A stretch of 37,194 nt of DNA from Catajapyx aquilonaris (lineage: Eukaryota), in contig JYFJ02003820.1 of assembly GCA_000934665.2 (NCBI GenBank), positions 1 through 37,194 on the forward strand, in the 5' to 3' direction. Position numbers and translations under genes: made by a program. The notes under the pieces are model-generated. The model saw only the letters and a program-made list of their open reading frames with translations, made no database searches and was not told where the DNA came from. This document shows positions 1-12,622 of the stretch, piece after piece. The stretch's first letter is position 1. Each line of letters opens with the position of its first letter.

Positions 1-835
1 AATGAAGGGGAGGGTCCATATTGTCATTCAGCAAAGCGGCATGCTTTAATACCAAAATGCAAGGTGGGGTCGATTTTTGTGGCTTAACATCCGGACTAGG
101 AAAGAGCCTCACAGGGCTTTTAGCGCCACGAATAATTTTGTGAATTTCACTATAAGTAGTTTAATGATGCCTACTTACAGTATTAAGGTAGCTTCTCTTA
201 CAATCCACTCAATTTTTTGCATATTCATAAGTGTAATTGACTGCGGGGGTTGAAGGGGTTCCATTCATAGTGAGCCACAAGTAATTGCAAAAAAAAATCG
301 ACCTTCATGCAGCATTGCTGGAAACATTAAAATAAAAGTTGCAAAAAGTTTATGACGTGGAAGATTTTAGTGGATAAATATTAGATAATATCAAAATTTC
401 TGACATATTTTTCAGATAACAGCTAAGTACCGTAGATCAAAAATTATATTTTCCTAATCATGTGACATTAGTAGGAGAAACCAATTATAATGATAATTAT
501 TGTTGTCTGTTTAATTCATTGCCTTTCTTTACTTTCAAGTTTGCTTTAAAAAATATTTTGTATGGGACCCCAACATTATTTAATCAACACAGTTCAGATC
601 ACCATGTCACAATAAATAGCAAAAAAAACGTATCATTTTCTCATGCCTTTATTATGGTAGTTGACTACAAAGTAGCACAAATACTTTGACCCATAATTAT
701 GGAGAGGTTTCAACATAACGTAGTTCAGATAATAATATCGCACACACTTGCATGGTATACAGTACATATCAATTGATATTTCACATCTTTTGTATAGTAA
801 TAATAATTGAAGAAAATGTTACATAAGTATGTATC

Positions 836-1682
836 TTACCCGAAGTTAGTCATTGCCTTAAACATTTTCTTGCCCGCGCTCATCAAATCATCATTCTTTT
901 TTCCCTTCTTGGAATCTTTACTTTCATCACTAATTGAAATGCTGATGCTGAAGGATTCTGATGAGTCACTGGACTTATGTTTCTTTGAGCCTTTCTTGCC
1001 CGAGCCAGATTTGTCATCTGAAGACTTGTCCTGACCTCCAGGAAACAAATTATTCTTACCACCTTCCTTTGAAATGCTCATTGAGAAACTCTCATCACTA
1101 CTTGGAAATCCAGCAGTAAAATCATCTTTCTTTGGAAACTTGGCTGTAAAATCATCTTTCTTTGGAAAGCTGGCTGAAAAACTATCATCTGACATGCTCA
1201 TTGACATGCTACCATCATCCTTTCCATTTCCGGACATTTCCTTACTGAACGAAATACTTAGTGACTCTGACTCTTTGGACTTGCTGGAATCATCATGTTT
1301 GGGGAAGTGATCCTTAACAAAGTCGTGCATCGTGTCCGAAATGTTGTGCGTTACTTGATTAAATTTGCTGGCAGCGTCCTTTGCTTCTTCCGAGCTGAAG
1401 CTGGGCTTGCTGATGTCCATGCTGATTGATTCAGAAGAAGAGGATGAGCTGCTTGCATGATTCTGCGATGCTGAAGAGTCGCCTTTTGACTCGGAAGAAG
1501 ATGACGGCCTTTCAGTTGTCGGCTGGACCCTGAACCCTGTAATGATAAAAGGTGGCTCATTTTATCACAGGCAGAGAAGACAGGTTGGATCGAAAAACAA
1601 CAACAAAATAAGGCTTACCCATGTTGCCATGAGCCAATCCTGCGATGAAGAGTCCGGCCAAGATGAACGAGAGAGGAGCCAT
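836..1682 (-). CDS. Secreted Ser/Asp/Lys-rich low-complexity protein, copy 1 (exons 1682-1619, 1536-836)
   Basis: ATG at 1682 opens a signal-peptide-like exon MAPLSFILAGLFIAGLAHGNM. A GTAAGC donor and phase-1 CAG acceptor join it in frame to ORF 836..1420 (MDISKP...KAMTNFG*). Internal FPKKDDFTA repeat. TATA-like element about 80 nt upstream. Confidence 0.75.
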
Positions 1683-1754
1683 GTTCTGCTTGGTTTGGTA
1701 GGGATCTACTCGTCTGATCTGATTCCAAGTGTGAGTCTATCCAATGGAGGACCC

Positions 1755-1790
1755 TTCCTTATATCTCCAAAATTGGGGACGTCACAGGGT
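1755..1790 (-). promoter_or_regulatory. TATA-like box plus CRE-like TGACGTC element upstream of Ser-rich gene copy 1
   Basis: Minus strand reads GTGACGTC...GAGATATAAG. The same motifs and spacing are conserved upstream of copy 2 (~17530-17560). Confidence 0.5.
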
Positions 1791-2164
1791 GCTGAACACT
1801 TGCGAGGAGAAACATTGGGTGATATATAGTAGCAGAATGTGTCTGGCTGTGTTGACGAATGGCTGTTGGGCTAGGTGGGAACAATGGCTGGGTTGACTCC
1901 AGATGAAATTATGGGCGGAATTGATGTGACTCTGCGGTCATGGGCAGTCGCATGTCATCCTGGATGGGTTTATTTTGTCAAGGGCACATTTTGCGCCATA
2001 CTACTCCAACAGATGGGATTGACGAGCGGATTTTGAAGCACATTGATGCGAAGGATGGTACCAAGTAAGTATGTATGCCTTGTTAGCTTTGGCGTTTGCA
2101 TAGTGATTACTATATATAGTGCAGTGTTTTTCGATACCGGTATTTTGACTGCAGACTATCTAGC

Positions 2165-2770
2165 GAAGGTTTCAAGTTCTACAAGCCAATTTTGGTCACT
2201 CACAGTCATACTGTAATTATCCAGAGAGAGACACAGTAATGAACGAGATCCGATTCACTGGTTTTTGATCATCTGATTTAGTGTCAACGAGGATTTTGAC
2301 ACCTCAAAACAAACGGGCGCAAGAGTATTAATTGAATTTCGAATTTTTTACACGATGATTGACCATTTTAGTGCCTGATTGCAACCAAATTATTGATCTG
2401 ATGGTCCGGAACTGGTTCGGTTACAGCCCCTTTTTTTGGTAAACGGAGCCAGAGTAGCCTATTGCTATTTGCATGGTTGTGATGGGGTGCCAAGTGGTCT
2501 TTGTGGTGGAGGAGGGCATGCTGTTTGTCATCAATTGTCATTATTGTTGTGGTGACCTCGAAGCAGCCTTTCTTCTTCAGCTGACCTTGCAGGGGTTTCG
2601 GGTCTTCTTTGTCTCCTTCACATATAGAGAAGCGAAAAAATGAATGGATCAGTCTCCAGACAGCCGTTCAGCCATATCTCTGTCCTTGTTGTTATCGCAG
2701 TGTACCTTCAATTACATGCTGTTGTGACACTAAGCTTCTTATTATAACTCAAGCTGTTATTTACAGTTGG
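2165..2770. repeat. Diverged duplicate of ~4105-4730 (partly also 22480-22750): 3' end region of the ankyrin-kinase genes
   Basis: Shared collinear blocks such as ttttggtcactcaca, ttttagtgcctgattgcaac and cagcctttcttcttcagct. Confidence 0.8.
2577..2615 (-). other. Orphan or alternative terminal CaaX exon (ETKKTRNPCKVS*)
   Basis: AG acceptor, then GAG ACA AAG AAG ACC CGA AAC CCC TGC AAG GTC AGC TGA. Homologous to the exons at 4537-4566 and 22523-22564. Confidence 0.55.
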
Positions 2771-3494
2771 CCTCATACTGCGAATGACAGCTTGAATTTG
2801 ATGCCCCCTTTAGCAACGGAGTTTGTGCGTTGAAATACAATTGATTTAATTCCCCTCTCTGCATACCGCATATGAGGTGCAACATGAGGTATCTCCTGAG
2901 AGGTGGCTCAGTGACAGAACTTTTAGATACCCACAGGTGAAATAGGCAGGAAGAATAATTCGACTTAGAACTGACTGGTGAGAGATTCTTCAGTCTCCTT
3001 TTGAATTTGCTTAACTGGTTCGCGATTATTATTTACTTCTTGCCTTTGCTCGAGGTTGAAATGATCAGATATATCAGACCAAATTAAACTTTGCACCTAC
3101 AGTAGATTTTGGCTCTCCTCGAATATTATTCTCTTGCAGCAGGGACTATCACTCGGACTATCATTGCGATGGTTTCTCATGATTATCATTCTATTATGTC
3201 ATGTTTATAGGTGTTGTGGAAATGATCTGTATGAAACCACATCTCATCTTAGCAATACCAAGTTGCAAAACTTTTACTTGTGCACATTAAACATTAAACC
3301 GATTAAACTTAAATTAAGAAGCGACGCCTAATAAAATGTTGCAAATCTCCTCATAATAATCAGACAATTTGTGCTCATAATAATACAAATAGGATCACTT
3401 CATATTAATCCTTATCTTATTTGCCGTGATTCATTGGGCAAAATCAGTGCAAAAATCTACCTCAGAAATACTGCCATACTCTCGTCAGGTGGAG

Positions 3495-4028
3495 CTGTCG
3501 TCTCACACTTGGAACAAAATGAAACGCAAACAGAGAAGGATAATATATTATGTGCCCTTGACAAATAAATCAAGCCACCAGGAGGGCAAACACCTGCCCA
3601 TGACCACAGACTACCATCAATAATTCTGCCCATAATTTCATCCGGAATCAACCAGGCATTCAGACCAAATGGATCAAATGGCATGAAACATTTCGGACAA
3701 GATGAACAACGCTGTCAAAAATCACTCCTCCAAACATGATGATTCCAGCCAATCTAAAAGGACAGACTCGAGCAGCCCATTCGACCAAAAATTCTCCACC
3801 AGTTTTTCAGTTTCAAGCGAAGGTAAATATTATTCCAATCTGGGATGTGCAAACTGCATTCTGAACTTTGACATATTGTTTTCTACAGAGCTCTCAGGAT
3901 CATCTGAAAAGAAATCGGGCTCTGGCAAAGGTCACTCAGCCATAAGGAAGTCCAAAGTGTCAGACTCCTGCTTTTCAGACAGATCAGAAGAAAACAGCGG
4001 TGAGAAGGCAGGCCCTATATATTGCTGA
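3495..4028 (+). pseudogene. Inverted, internally deleted relic of the Ser-rich secreted protein gene
   Basis: 3495-3660 is the reverse complement of the copy-2 upstream region (~17655-17830). It is fused directly to mid-gene sequence (VKNHSSKHDDSSQS; intron 3823-3888; SGSGKG). The TATA region and signal-peptide exon are missing. Confidence 0.7.
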
Positions 4029-4536
4029 GATTGAAAATACGTAGTACACACGGTGTTTACTACGTACAGTATTTTCAATTTTTTGATCATAGCTCATGTT
4101 CGGAAGTTTCATGTTCTGCAAGTCACTTTTGGTCACTCACATCCATAAGGACACACATACACACACAGTAAGGAAGGAGATTCGACTCACAGGTTTTTGG
4201 CCCTTTGATTTCAGGTAAACAATGATGGATTTTGCTGCCTCAAAACTTAACGAACAAGAGCAATAATTGCATTAATTTTTGACAGGTGATTGACTATTTT
4301 AGTGCCTGATTGCAACAAAATAGTTGATTTGACCAGAACTGATTTGGTTACTTCATCATTTTTTTTGTGTTTTTTTTTTGTTTTTTTGTTTTTTGTTTTT
4401 TGTTTTTTTGGTAAAGGGAGCTGATTTGAATGGTTGTGCTGTGAATCCAGCGGTCATTCTTAGTGGAGGAGGTTGGCATGCTGTTGGTCACTAGTGGTCA
4501 TCATTGTTGTGGTGGCCTCGAAACAGCCTTTCTTCT

Positions 4537-7500
4537 TCAGCTCAGGAGGCAAAAGTTTTGGTTCTTCTTTCACATACAGAGAAGGAAAAAAATTGAATGT
4601 ATCATTCAGACATGTAAGGTGTCTGTTCCTTTAATCGTTACACTGTACCATTCAATTAGGTACTGTTATTTTGACACTTTTCTGCTCATTTATCATCCTA
4701 TTTATTAAAGGGCACGAAGCTCAAGCTGTGATTTTGATTATGAGGCCTCGCACCAGGGAGCATATACTACATGTATAGTATATGCTCCCTGCTCGCACTA
4801 ACTAGGAAATTTGTTGACTCTTTGGTTACATAAATCCAATGTGCCCCCATGCAACACAACTCCCTGTAACATCTGATGAGTTTGTACTAACTGAGGTTTC
4901 GTAAAGTTAGCCCAGCTTTAACTCGCGTTCATGCAACTGGCCATAGAACCTTACATTGATGATGACAATAATATTAGTACTGATAAATCCTAGAAAAGAA
5001 CAGCAATCCTGCAAAATCTTATGACTCTTCACATGTTAGTCAGTATAGGCTCCCTGTGTTCTGTTCATTTCATGCAAAATGGGAATTTTAAAGTTATTTA
5101 AACAACTCTTGTCTTCTAGCTAATTCATTCCCTTCATCCCCGTAACCCGTGAGCATCTGACTTATTACTTACTACATGGGTTACAGCCTCCCTAAATAAA
5201 TCACCTCGCATCTCTTGACATAATGTACCTTCTCGAAAGGTGTCCTCCCACCCTTGTCTCTGGCCTCCTTGTCCGCTCCCTTGGAGAGAAGGAAGCGAAC
5301 CAGTTCATGATGGTTGTACCATGCCGCATAGTGGAGTGGGGTCCAGTCATCCTTTCCCTTGTCCTCCAGCCCTGACCCTTCCTCCAGGAGTAACTCCACA
5401 ACAGGGGCGTGGCCTCTATAAGAAGTAGAGTGGATGGGCTGGTTACCATCCAGGTCCTTTGCCCCCACCTGAGCCCCTCCCATGATCAGGATCTTGGAGG
5501 TGGACAGGTGTCCTTCCCATGCTGCCAGGTGGAGGGCTGTTCTGCCATAATAGATTCTCTGGTCGACAGGCCACCCTTCACCCAGTAGGTAAGCCACGAG
5601 CTCTTCCCTTCCTCCCCATGCAGCCCAGTGGAGGCCACTCAGTCGATCTTTCCTCTCCTTCACCCACTCCTCCAACCAGCCCCTTCCCACTTCCACCATT
5701 CCCTTCACCTCTTCCAGCCTCCCTCCCTTGCAGGCCTCCAGGAACAATGATGTCATGAATGATGGCGTCTGAAAGGAAACAAAGAGACCCGCGTGATGGC
5801 ATCACTAATCTTGATCACTCTCTAGAAGTCTAGAACTACTGCAGGGAGAGTTGCACCATCTGACAGTGAGACGTACTGTATGAACACGAATGTTGCGATG
5901 AATTTTCATGGGGGGAAAAAAAACCAAATTTTGTTGCGTGGGTTTTATGCAGTACCGCATATTCATACCGAATAGTTCACATCAGAGCAAAATAATTGCA
6001 AACTTCTCTGATATTTTATGTACTCACTTATAATAGTGCACGATCAGTATTGTGCTAGACACTATGTTGGTTAATGTGCATTTAACTAACCCATGATTTT
6101 TTTTTGTTGCCGTTAAATCAGTCATGTAGGCTACAGATCTCAAGCTTTTTCCATAATTTGTATTTCATAGTAGGCTGCTATTGGATGAATACCCACATTG
6201 GAAAATGTCACGCTTATACTTTGCTGCATCGGATTAAAATTGATGGTACTCTGCTGTCAGGTGAAAGGCAATGCCGTGCCATCCCCCTTAAATATTAACT
6301 TTCAATGTACCGTACTGTCAGGTTGATTTTTCTAATTAGTCAGCATCTGCCAAACATAAATATTATCTACACCTTAATCTCTTTTGAATGAAAGTTATGT
6401 GGCAGCTAACTCTGCTATTCACGTGCATAGACTAATAATATACTGCGTACGAGAGCTAACTCTTATTATTATTATTGGTGCTTTGGCTATGAAGGATATT
6501 CATAACAACACGAGGAAATCAGTTAATTTACCAGAGGAAATGAATACTGCATCCTGTCCAGCAACTCCTGGACTTGTTTCTCCACGTAAGATGATGGCAC
6601 TCTTGTGGACGGATCGAGTCTCAGCATCTGCTGAATCAGCTCATGTACCCCGTCATATGTGAAGCCCTGCACGAGATTGTCCCCACTCCTGAGGGAAGTG
6701 TACGAGCGTGTCCTCGCATCCTTGTTTTCTCCGAATGGGAACAGCATCTCGTGGAGGACCAGGCCCATCGAAAAGACGTCACTCTTCTGATCGTACTGTC
6801 TCCCGCTGATTTGTTCGGGTGAGCCGTACAATCGTGTTCCAACACCCGAAGTCATCTCTGCTGGTGGCTGAGGAAGAGGCGGGATTCCTGATTGGGATGG
6901 TTGGACGGGATGGGAGTGGTCACCAGCATGGACTGGATGGTGGGATGGGGAAGGAGAATGGGCCATGAGAGAGGTGGAGAGGCCAAGGTCCCCAATCTTA
7001 GCACTTTTTCCATCCAGGGAAAACAGGATGTTGTGTGGTTTCAGATCCCGATGGATCAGTCCCTGGGAGTGGAGATAGGACACTGCCGACATTGCCTGAC
7101 GGAAGTAGGTCAGGCTGACAAACGTGCCTAACCTTTGACCCTTGTCGAGCTTGTGTCCCAGCGTCTCATTCCGACAAAGTTCAAGCTGCATGAAGAGGAA
7201 GTCTGTGGTTGGTCCTGACACCGTCATGGGAGCGGAGAAGTACTCGGATGCTGCCTCTGAGGCCTCCCTTGCCTCTGGACCAGACCTGTTGGAGCATGTG
7301 GCCGCCATGGAGTCCCACTCCTTGTGCACCCAACACGGTGTCCTCTCCGTCCAGGCGTGCTGGAACCTCACAATGTGATCGTGGTTCAGTCGAGCCAGAG
7401 TCTGGACTTCCCTCAGGATGACCTCCTTCAGCTGATCGTCTTGAGGCAGAGGAACCCTCTTCACAGCGTAACGTGCCTTCGCCAGCTTCAGTTCAGCCTC

Positions 7501-9249
7501 GGTCACGACCCCGAAGGACCCCTCACCCAAGATGGACTCCTGCTTGTAGTCCAACATGTACCTGGATGTCGTTTCCTTCGTAGCGTTCGGCTCGTTGACA
7601 TCGGCCCTGAGGAATGGATTTTAATGAGTTCGTATATCTGACGAAACGATGCTGTAATTTTTAAAAAATTAATGCACAGGGAATTAAAAATTACAATTGA
7701 AAGATACAAGACTATGCATACATTAACCAACTTATGCGCCAAGGTCTACCAGAGTGCATCGCAAAGGTAGGACCTTCCTAATATGTTGAACTGAAAGGGT
7801 TTACTGCAAGATTTTTCTTGAGTGATTCGGTGGAAGAAACGCCTGAGCCAACCGGACACAACATTTCAGCAATTAAAAATTCCTGACTTGGAGTCTCTTA
7901 CTCCCCCAATGCTGTCCTAGCAAAAGTACGTCTTGTTGGTTTCTTCATGTTATTGGCAAAAAAATGAGTGTCTGAAGCAGCTATATGTCATAAAACCTTC
8001 ATGTAATAATCTTATATGGCATCGCCAATGTTTCAAGTGCAAAACTTGAGTTATGAAGGCATGCTTATAGATCTCGATTCATATGACCAACTCAATATTA
8101 TCGTGATACACATCAAAAGAGATCCTTGATGGAAGTGTATTATAAATGAGGCATTTGCAATGGAGAAAGTTTTGCACAAATTTTCCTGTCATATGTACTA
8201 CAAGGAAATGTGCGAAGTGAACGGATTTCATGCACTTACCTGGCCTGTGGGGCATGAACTGACTTCAAGTGATCCATGATGAATCGATGCACCTGTACAT
8301 GATTTTTGAGAAGGGCCAGAGAGGCGGGTGTGGCCCCATCCTTGTCCGTGGCCTGGGGGTCACTCTTTCCCTCCACCAAAAGGATGCTGGCCACTTCCAG
8401 ATGGCCGAACATGCAGGCCAAGTGCAGTGGGGTGTGGCCAGTGTGGGTGGTTCGAGTGTCCGAGGAGCCTCCTCTGTCCAGGAGGAGTCTGCATGTCTGG
8501 ACCAGACCACTCCTGGCAGACCAGTGGAGGGCTGTCCTTCCCTCCAAGTCCCTCGCGTCCACCGCTTCCTGTCCAGTCAAGCCCAGAAGGGATCGACAGA
8601 CGCCCACCTTCCTGGCCCGACACGCCACCATCAGGGGGGTCTCCCCATGTCCGTTCCTCTTATTCTTCACCTCTTCTTCTCCCAACAACTTCCGGACGTC
8701 CTTTTCTCTTCCCATGGCTGCCATTATATGGATGGCTTCTACAATGTCCACAAGGAACTTGACCATCTCAGTTCGATCCTTGATGACTGCCACCCCTTGG
8801 GGCGTCTTCCTGTCCCCATTCTTGTCTCCAGGATCTGCCCCCCACTCCAGGAGAAGCCTCCCCACTTGGACGTTCCCGGCCTCCGCCGCCGTGTGCAGAG
8901 GGGTGTCCCCCACCTTGGTCTTGGCCATTGGGTGTGCCCCTTCCTCCAGCAGAAGGCGGCAGACCTGCAGGTGGTTGAACTCTGATGCCTCGTGCAGGGC
9001 AGTCCTGTCCTGGTGAGTGGAGGCCAGGTTGACCCTTGCCCCCCTCTTGACCAGTTCCTCGCACACTGGAATCCAACCACGTCTGGAGGCCACCATCAGT
9101 GGGATCACTCCATTCCTGCTTCTGCAGTCCACGTCCGCTCCTCTGCCCAGCAACGTCTTTACAGTGGTCAAGGAGCCATTTTCGGCCGCGTAGTGCAAGT
9201 CTGCCAGGCTCTTGTCCTCCGACCCCACGGTTGTTGCTGCTGCTGCCAT
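4537..9249 (-). CDS. Ankyrin repeat - eIF2alpha-kinase-like domain - ankyrin repeat - CaaX protein, copy 1 (exons 9249-8240, 7606-6532, 5768-5205, 4566-4537; ~892 aa)
   Basis: Phase-compatible GT-AG junctions (2,0,0) join ORFs 8236..9249 (ANK), 6523..7557 (kinase: LGEGSFG, YAVK, LFMQLELC, IHRDLKPHN, DLG, GVGTRLYGSPEQ) and 5181..5756 (ANK). The last exon KNQNFCLLS* is joined through a weaker GTGATT donor. An upstream exon is possible. Confidence 0.8.
4754..4791. mobile_element. 38-bp TIR-only derivative of the CAGGGAGCAT MITE family
   Basis: cagggagcatatacta...tagtatatgctccctg, flanked by the exact 7-bp direct repeat ctcgcac (4747-4753, 4792-4798). Confidence 0.8.
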
Positions 9250-9854
9250 GACTATATATTCTCTCCAAAGTGGAGAAATAAGTCGCTAATAAATGTTAGA
9301 TGTTAGACATTGCATTTTTCAGCCTGCTATCACGCGTAGGTAAGCCTCTCTTATCAGTTATCACGTTGTCATGGCTATTATCTCGCCGGTTCGTCGTCTT
9401 TCTTCGGGATGCAGAAAAGGACTGTAAAAATATTTCTTTGCAATAGGGTTGACCTGTCAATTATTGTTGGCAATCCCCAGTCAACTTATATCACCTGATC
9501 TTCTTTCTGCTTACTCCATCAGTCAAATTGACATAATATTATTATCCAAACAAGAAAAATAACGAATAATGACTAATTGTCTAATAAAATTATACATGAT
9601 AGCTTAATAATTTTTATCATTGTTGTCCCTGAGAAATATTTTGTTATCACCAGTGGGCCTTGAGCTCATGCTCCGATGCACGCAACGTCCTTCACAACAA
9701 TTACTTGGACAGTAAAACACTTCCGAGACACCAACAATAAGCTGTTACTACCCAACAAAATAAACGTTTTATTCGATCAAAATTTCTGGTGTGAAGTATA
9801 GATAGCTTTATTTTGGACTTCAAATTCCAAATTTCATTTGCTGAATCGTTTTGT

Positions 9855-11351
9855 ATGAGCAACATGGACATCGTCCCCGACCCCCCTGAGCCATTCGTGG
9901 AGGCTGCGAAGCTATGGGAGGTAAAAATGTGAATATTTTGTTCGATAAATGTCAACCGTGTCATTTGAGCACAAGATAAGTATAATTGCATCACGATTTC
10001 ACACAGTCACAAAGGCCCAACTTGAACAGCGTCCTGGACAGTTGGACCGACGAGGATGCAAGCCGCGACCTGGACATGTGCAGGAAGACCTTGACCGCAC
10101 TGAAGGTCGTTAGCAGCATCTGCCTGGCACTGACCACTGGAGCCAACAAAGCCCTCGCCCAGATGGATGCCCTGGGACCCACTGAGGCCCAGGATGGAAG
10201 CAGCGTCTGTCCGTTCCCCGTCACTTCCAATTCAGCAATTCAGACTAGAATGAATCACACTCAGGTAAATTATATGCGGACACGTGATGTCGCGCAGGAT
10301 TATGTCGTGTCCTCCTGCAGGTGATGTATGTGGATGTGGCCAATGAAGTCCGACGGATGACCAGAGGACTCCATCATATGTTGTCCTGCATGACGGGCAT
10401 GAGCAGTCGTCTCTACCCACTGATATCCGGGCTGCAAAACATCCAGGTCGATGCTCAGTCCGGATTCAGACGCAACATGAGCAGCCGGGTGAAGAAGAAG
10501 GTGACGGATGAGCTGGACCGATACTACAGTGCGATCAAGGCCAGAAAAGATGAGGATGAGGATGGCAAGTCTCCTCTCCACAACCACCTGAAACAATGGA
10601 TGGGGAAGCTGCATAACTCGTTTCTAGAGGTGCTTCTTTTGTGTGGTATCCAGAAAACTGGCTGCTGTCACTTGTTGGGTGCCCGTTGTGTTCTGTCATA
10701 TAGCTTTGGGGTGACCGCACCAGTACTGTCCGTCTTGTGGCCCTGCCAGGCACGGTCCGTCGCATTGCGTGATGATTTTAGTTGGTCGCTTATTGTGGGT
10801 TTGTATCCGCAACTGTCCGTCTTCCAACGAACGTTATTTGCGCATAGGCAACGGGTTTTCCAAAAACTAGTTTGACCGCAGCTAATTGACCTGCAGGAAA
10901 AAAGTCGTAGATTGGTTGTTACAGCTAATTGTTGCAGGCCACTGCCCAGCTGAGTCAGGGTAAGAAGAGTATGAGCGAGGAGGATTGGAGCAGGGCCGTG
11001 GACGATATGATGTCCAACAAGATGATGATCACCGTTCCTCAGAGTGTCCCGGACTCTCTGGAGGCCTCATCTTCCACCATGATTGAGACTCACGTGTCTC
11101 ACGTGATGCGCAACAGTGGAAGGGTGTGGGTCGGGTACAACGACATGAAGATCAGCTACGGTCAGAGGATCACCAGAGAGCTGAAGAGGCTGGTTGGACA
11201 AGTCCGGGAGTTTGTAGAGTTCTACAGGTCCACGCAGGACATGGATGCTGTCCAGATCGCCCAATGGACCGTGGTGCGCAATCAGGATGGACATGTACTT
11301 CATGTAATTAGTAATGGTTTCTACTTTGCCAGATGGCCACGCGAGATTTGA
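9855..11351 (+). CDS. Uncharacterised protein, ~348 aa (exons 9855-9920, 10007-10264, 10321-10629, 10938-11351)
   Basis: Three phase-0 GT-AG introns join GC-rich ORF segments in frame. AATAAA at ~11517. No family confidently recognised. Confidence 0.65.
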
Positions 11352-12519
11352 GCTTGGCACCTTGCTTGTCCGAGATGGACGGCGTGTGCCAGACGGCCAA
11401 GATCGAAAGGGAGTTTAGACAGCACATGACGGAAGGCAAGCAGGTCAGCGTCTTGTACGAAAGCTGTGGAGCTGGACAGAGCAAGCCTAATGAATGGGGT
11501 CAACAGTAGGCTCGAAAATAAAATTAAAGTGAACCATCTGTACTGTTTTTCTGTCATATTGTGCTATGTCGGTACACCGACCCATGTATTTTCCTGACAC
11601 TAATATGCAAAAATTATTTTAAAACAATTTAGTGCCTAAGTGACTTCTATTTAATTTAAAGATCAGAAGCCAATACTTACTTATTTAGCGGCATGAGAAA
11701 CACAAGTGTTGCGAGCATGTGTTCACCACCTGGTTACTCCCAGTAACCGGAAGTAACTGGAAGTAACTGTTGGTGCTTTAGGTACGCTGGTACGGCGTGA
11801 CCTCAGTATATGCACAAGCTGGGCATTTCAACATTACATTTTCCACTCGATTTGGAAAACAACTTGCAATTGGCTCGTTGTGAGTCAAGAAGAAGCCTCA
11901 TCTCTGCGATCCCTGCAAAACACTAAATAGTCATAAGGAATCGAGCTGAATGGCATAGGGTACTTTCGCAAGGAGCATAACCCGGTGTGAACCCTTGTTT
12001 TTTTTCTACAGCAGCATATGGCTCATTAGAATAAGTGCCTGTCGCTTGTTTATCCATCCGATGTGCGAAATTCTGCATTTGAAAACAGGCAGGTGTGATT
12101 TGATGTGGGTACAAAAGGAGGTGCCCGGGACATTGTGGGTCATGCTCTGTGCTCGCTCCGTACTTGCAGGACGAACCCATACACCGTAAGTAACCTAAAA
12201 ATCATCAATGTATTTTTCTGATACAACCAGTCGATATCAGTAGGGTGAAACTATTTCAATTGATTGCACCTTTATTGAAAGACATTGTAGCCCATTTTAA
12301 TTCAGTGGTATTCATGTGATGAAGGAGAAATACTGTTCTTTGTGGTAATAACAATGTACGACAATGGCAGTGAGTGATTGATACACGAGGCCTATTATTG
12401 CTCTTTGATTATTTCAATTGAAAAATATTAATTGTAATATTTAACCTTAATGGTGACCCAATATTGTATAAGCACTATATAAGGTATAACAGTTTAAAAA
12501 GAAACAGAGTCTCGATAAA

Positions 12520-12520
<1 letters not shown>

Positions 12521-12583
<63 letters not shown>
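12521..12583 (+). repeat. (CTA)n microsatellite
   Basis: Pure trinucleotide run between the TATATAAG at ~12476 and the ATG at 12623. Confidence 0.95.
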
Positions 12584-12622
12584 ACATATTTGTAGAGGTC
12601 AGAACTCCAAGCTGTTGACACA

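Noticed and set aside
8269..9016. Long plus-strand ORFs opposite the ankyrin exons (also 24998-25750, 23049-23567)
   Set aside because: Antisense shadows of GC-rich coding sequence, with no independent motifs or splice support.
6532..9249. Assignment as RNase L, ILK, RIPK4/ANKK1 or LRRK
   Set aside because: No KEN nuclease or ROC-COR domain, and the kinase motifs fit the eIF2alpha-kinase family rather than TKL kinases.
10878..10937. Duplicated branch-point/acceptor motif cagctaattg...gcag
   Set aside because: The upstream acceptor adds 41 nt and shifts the frame; no evidence of use.
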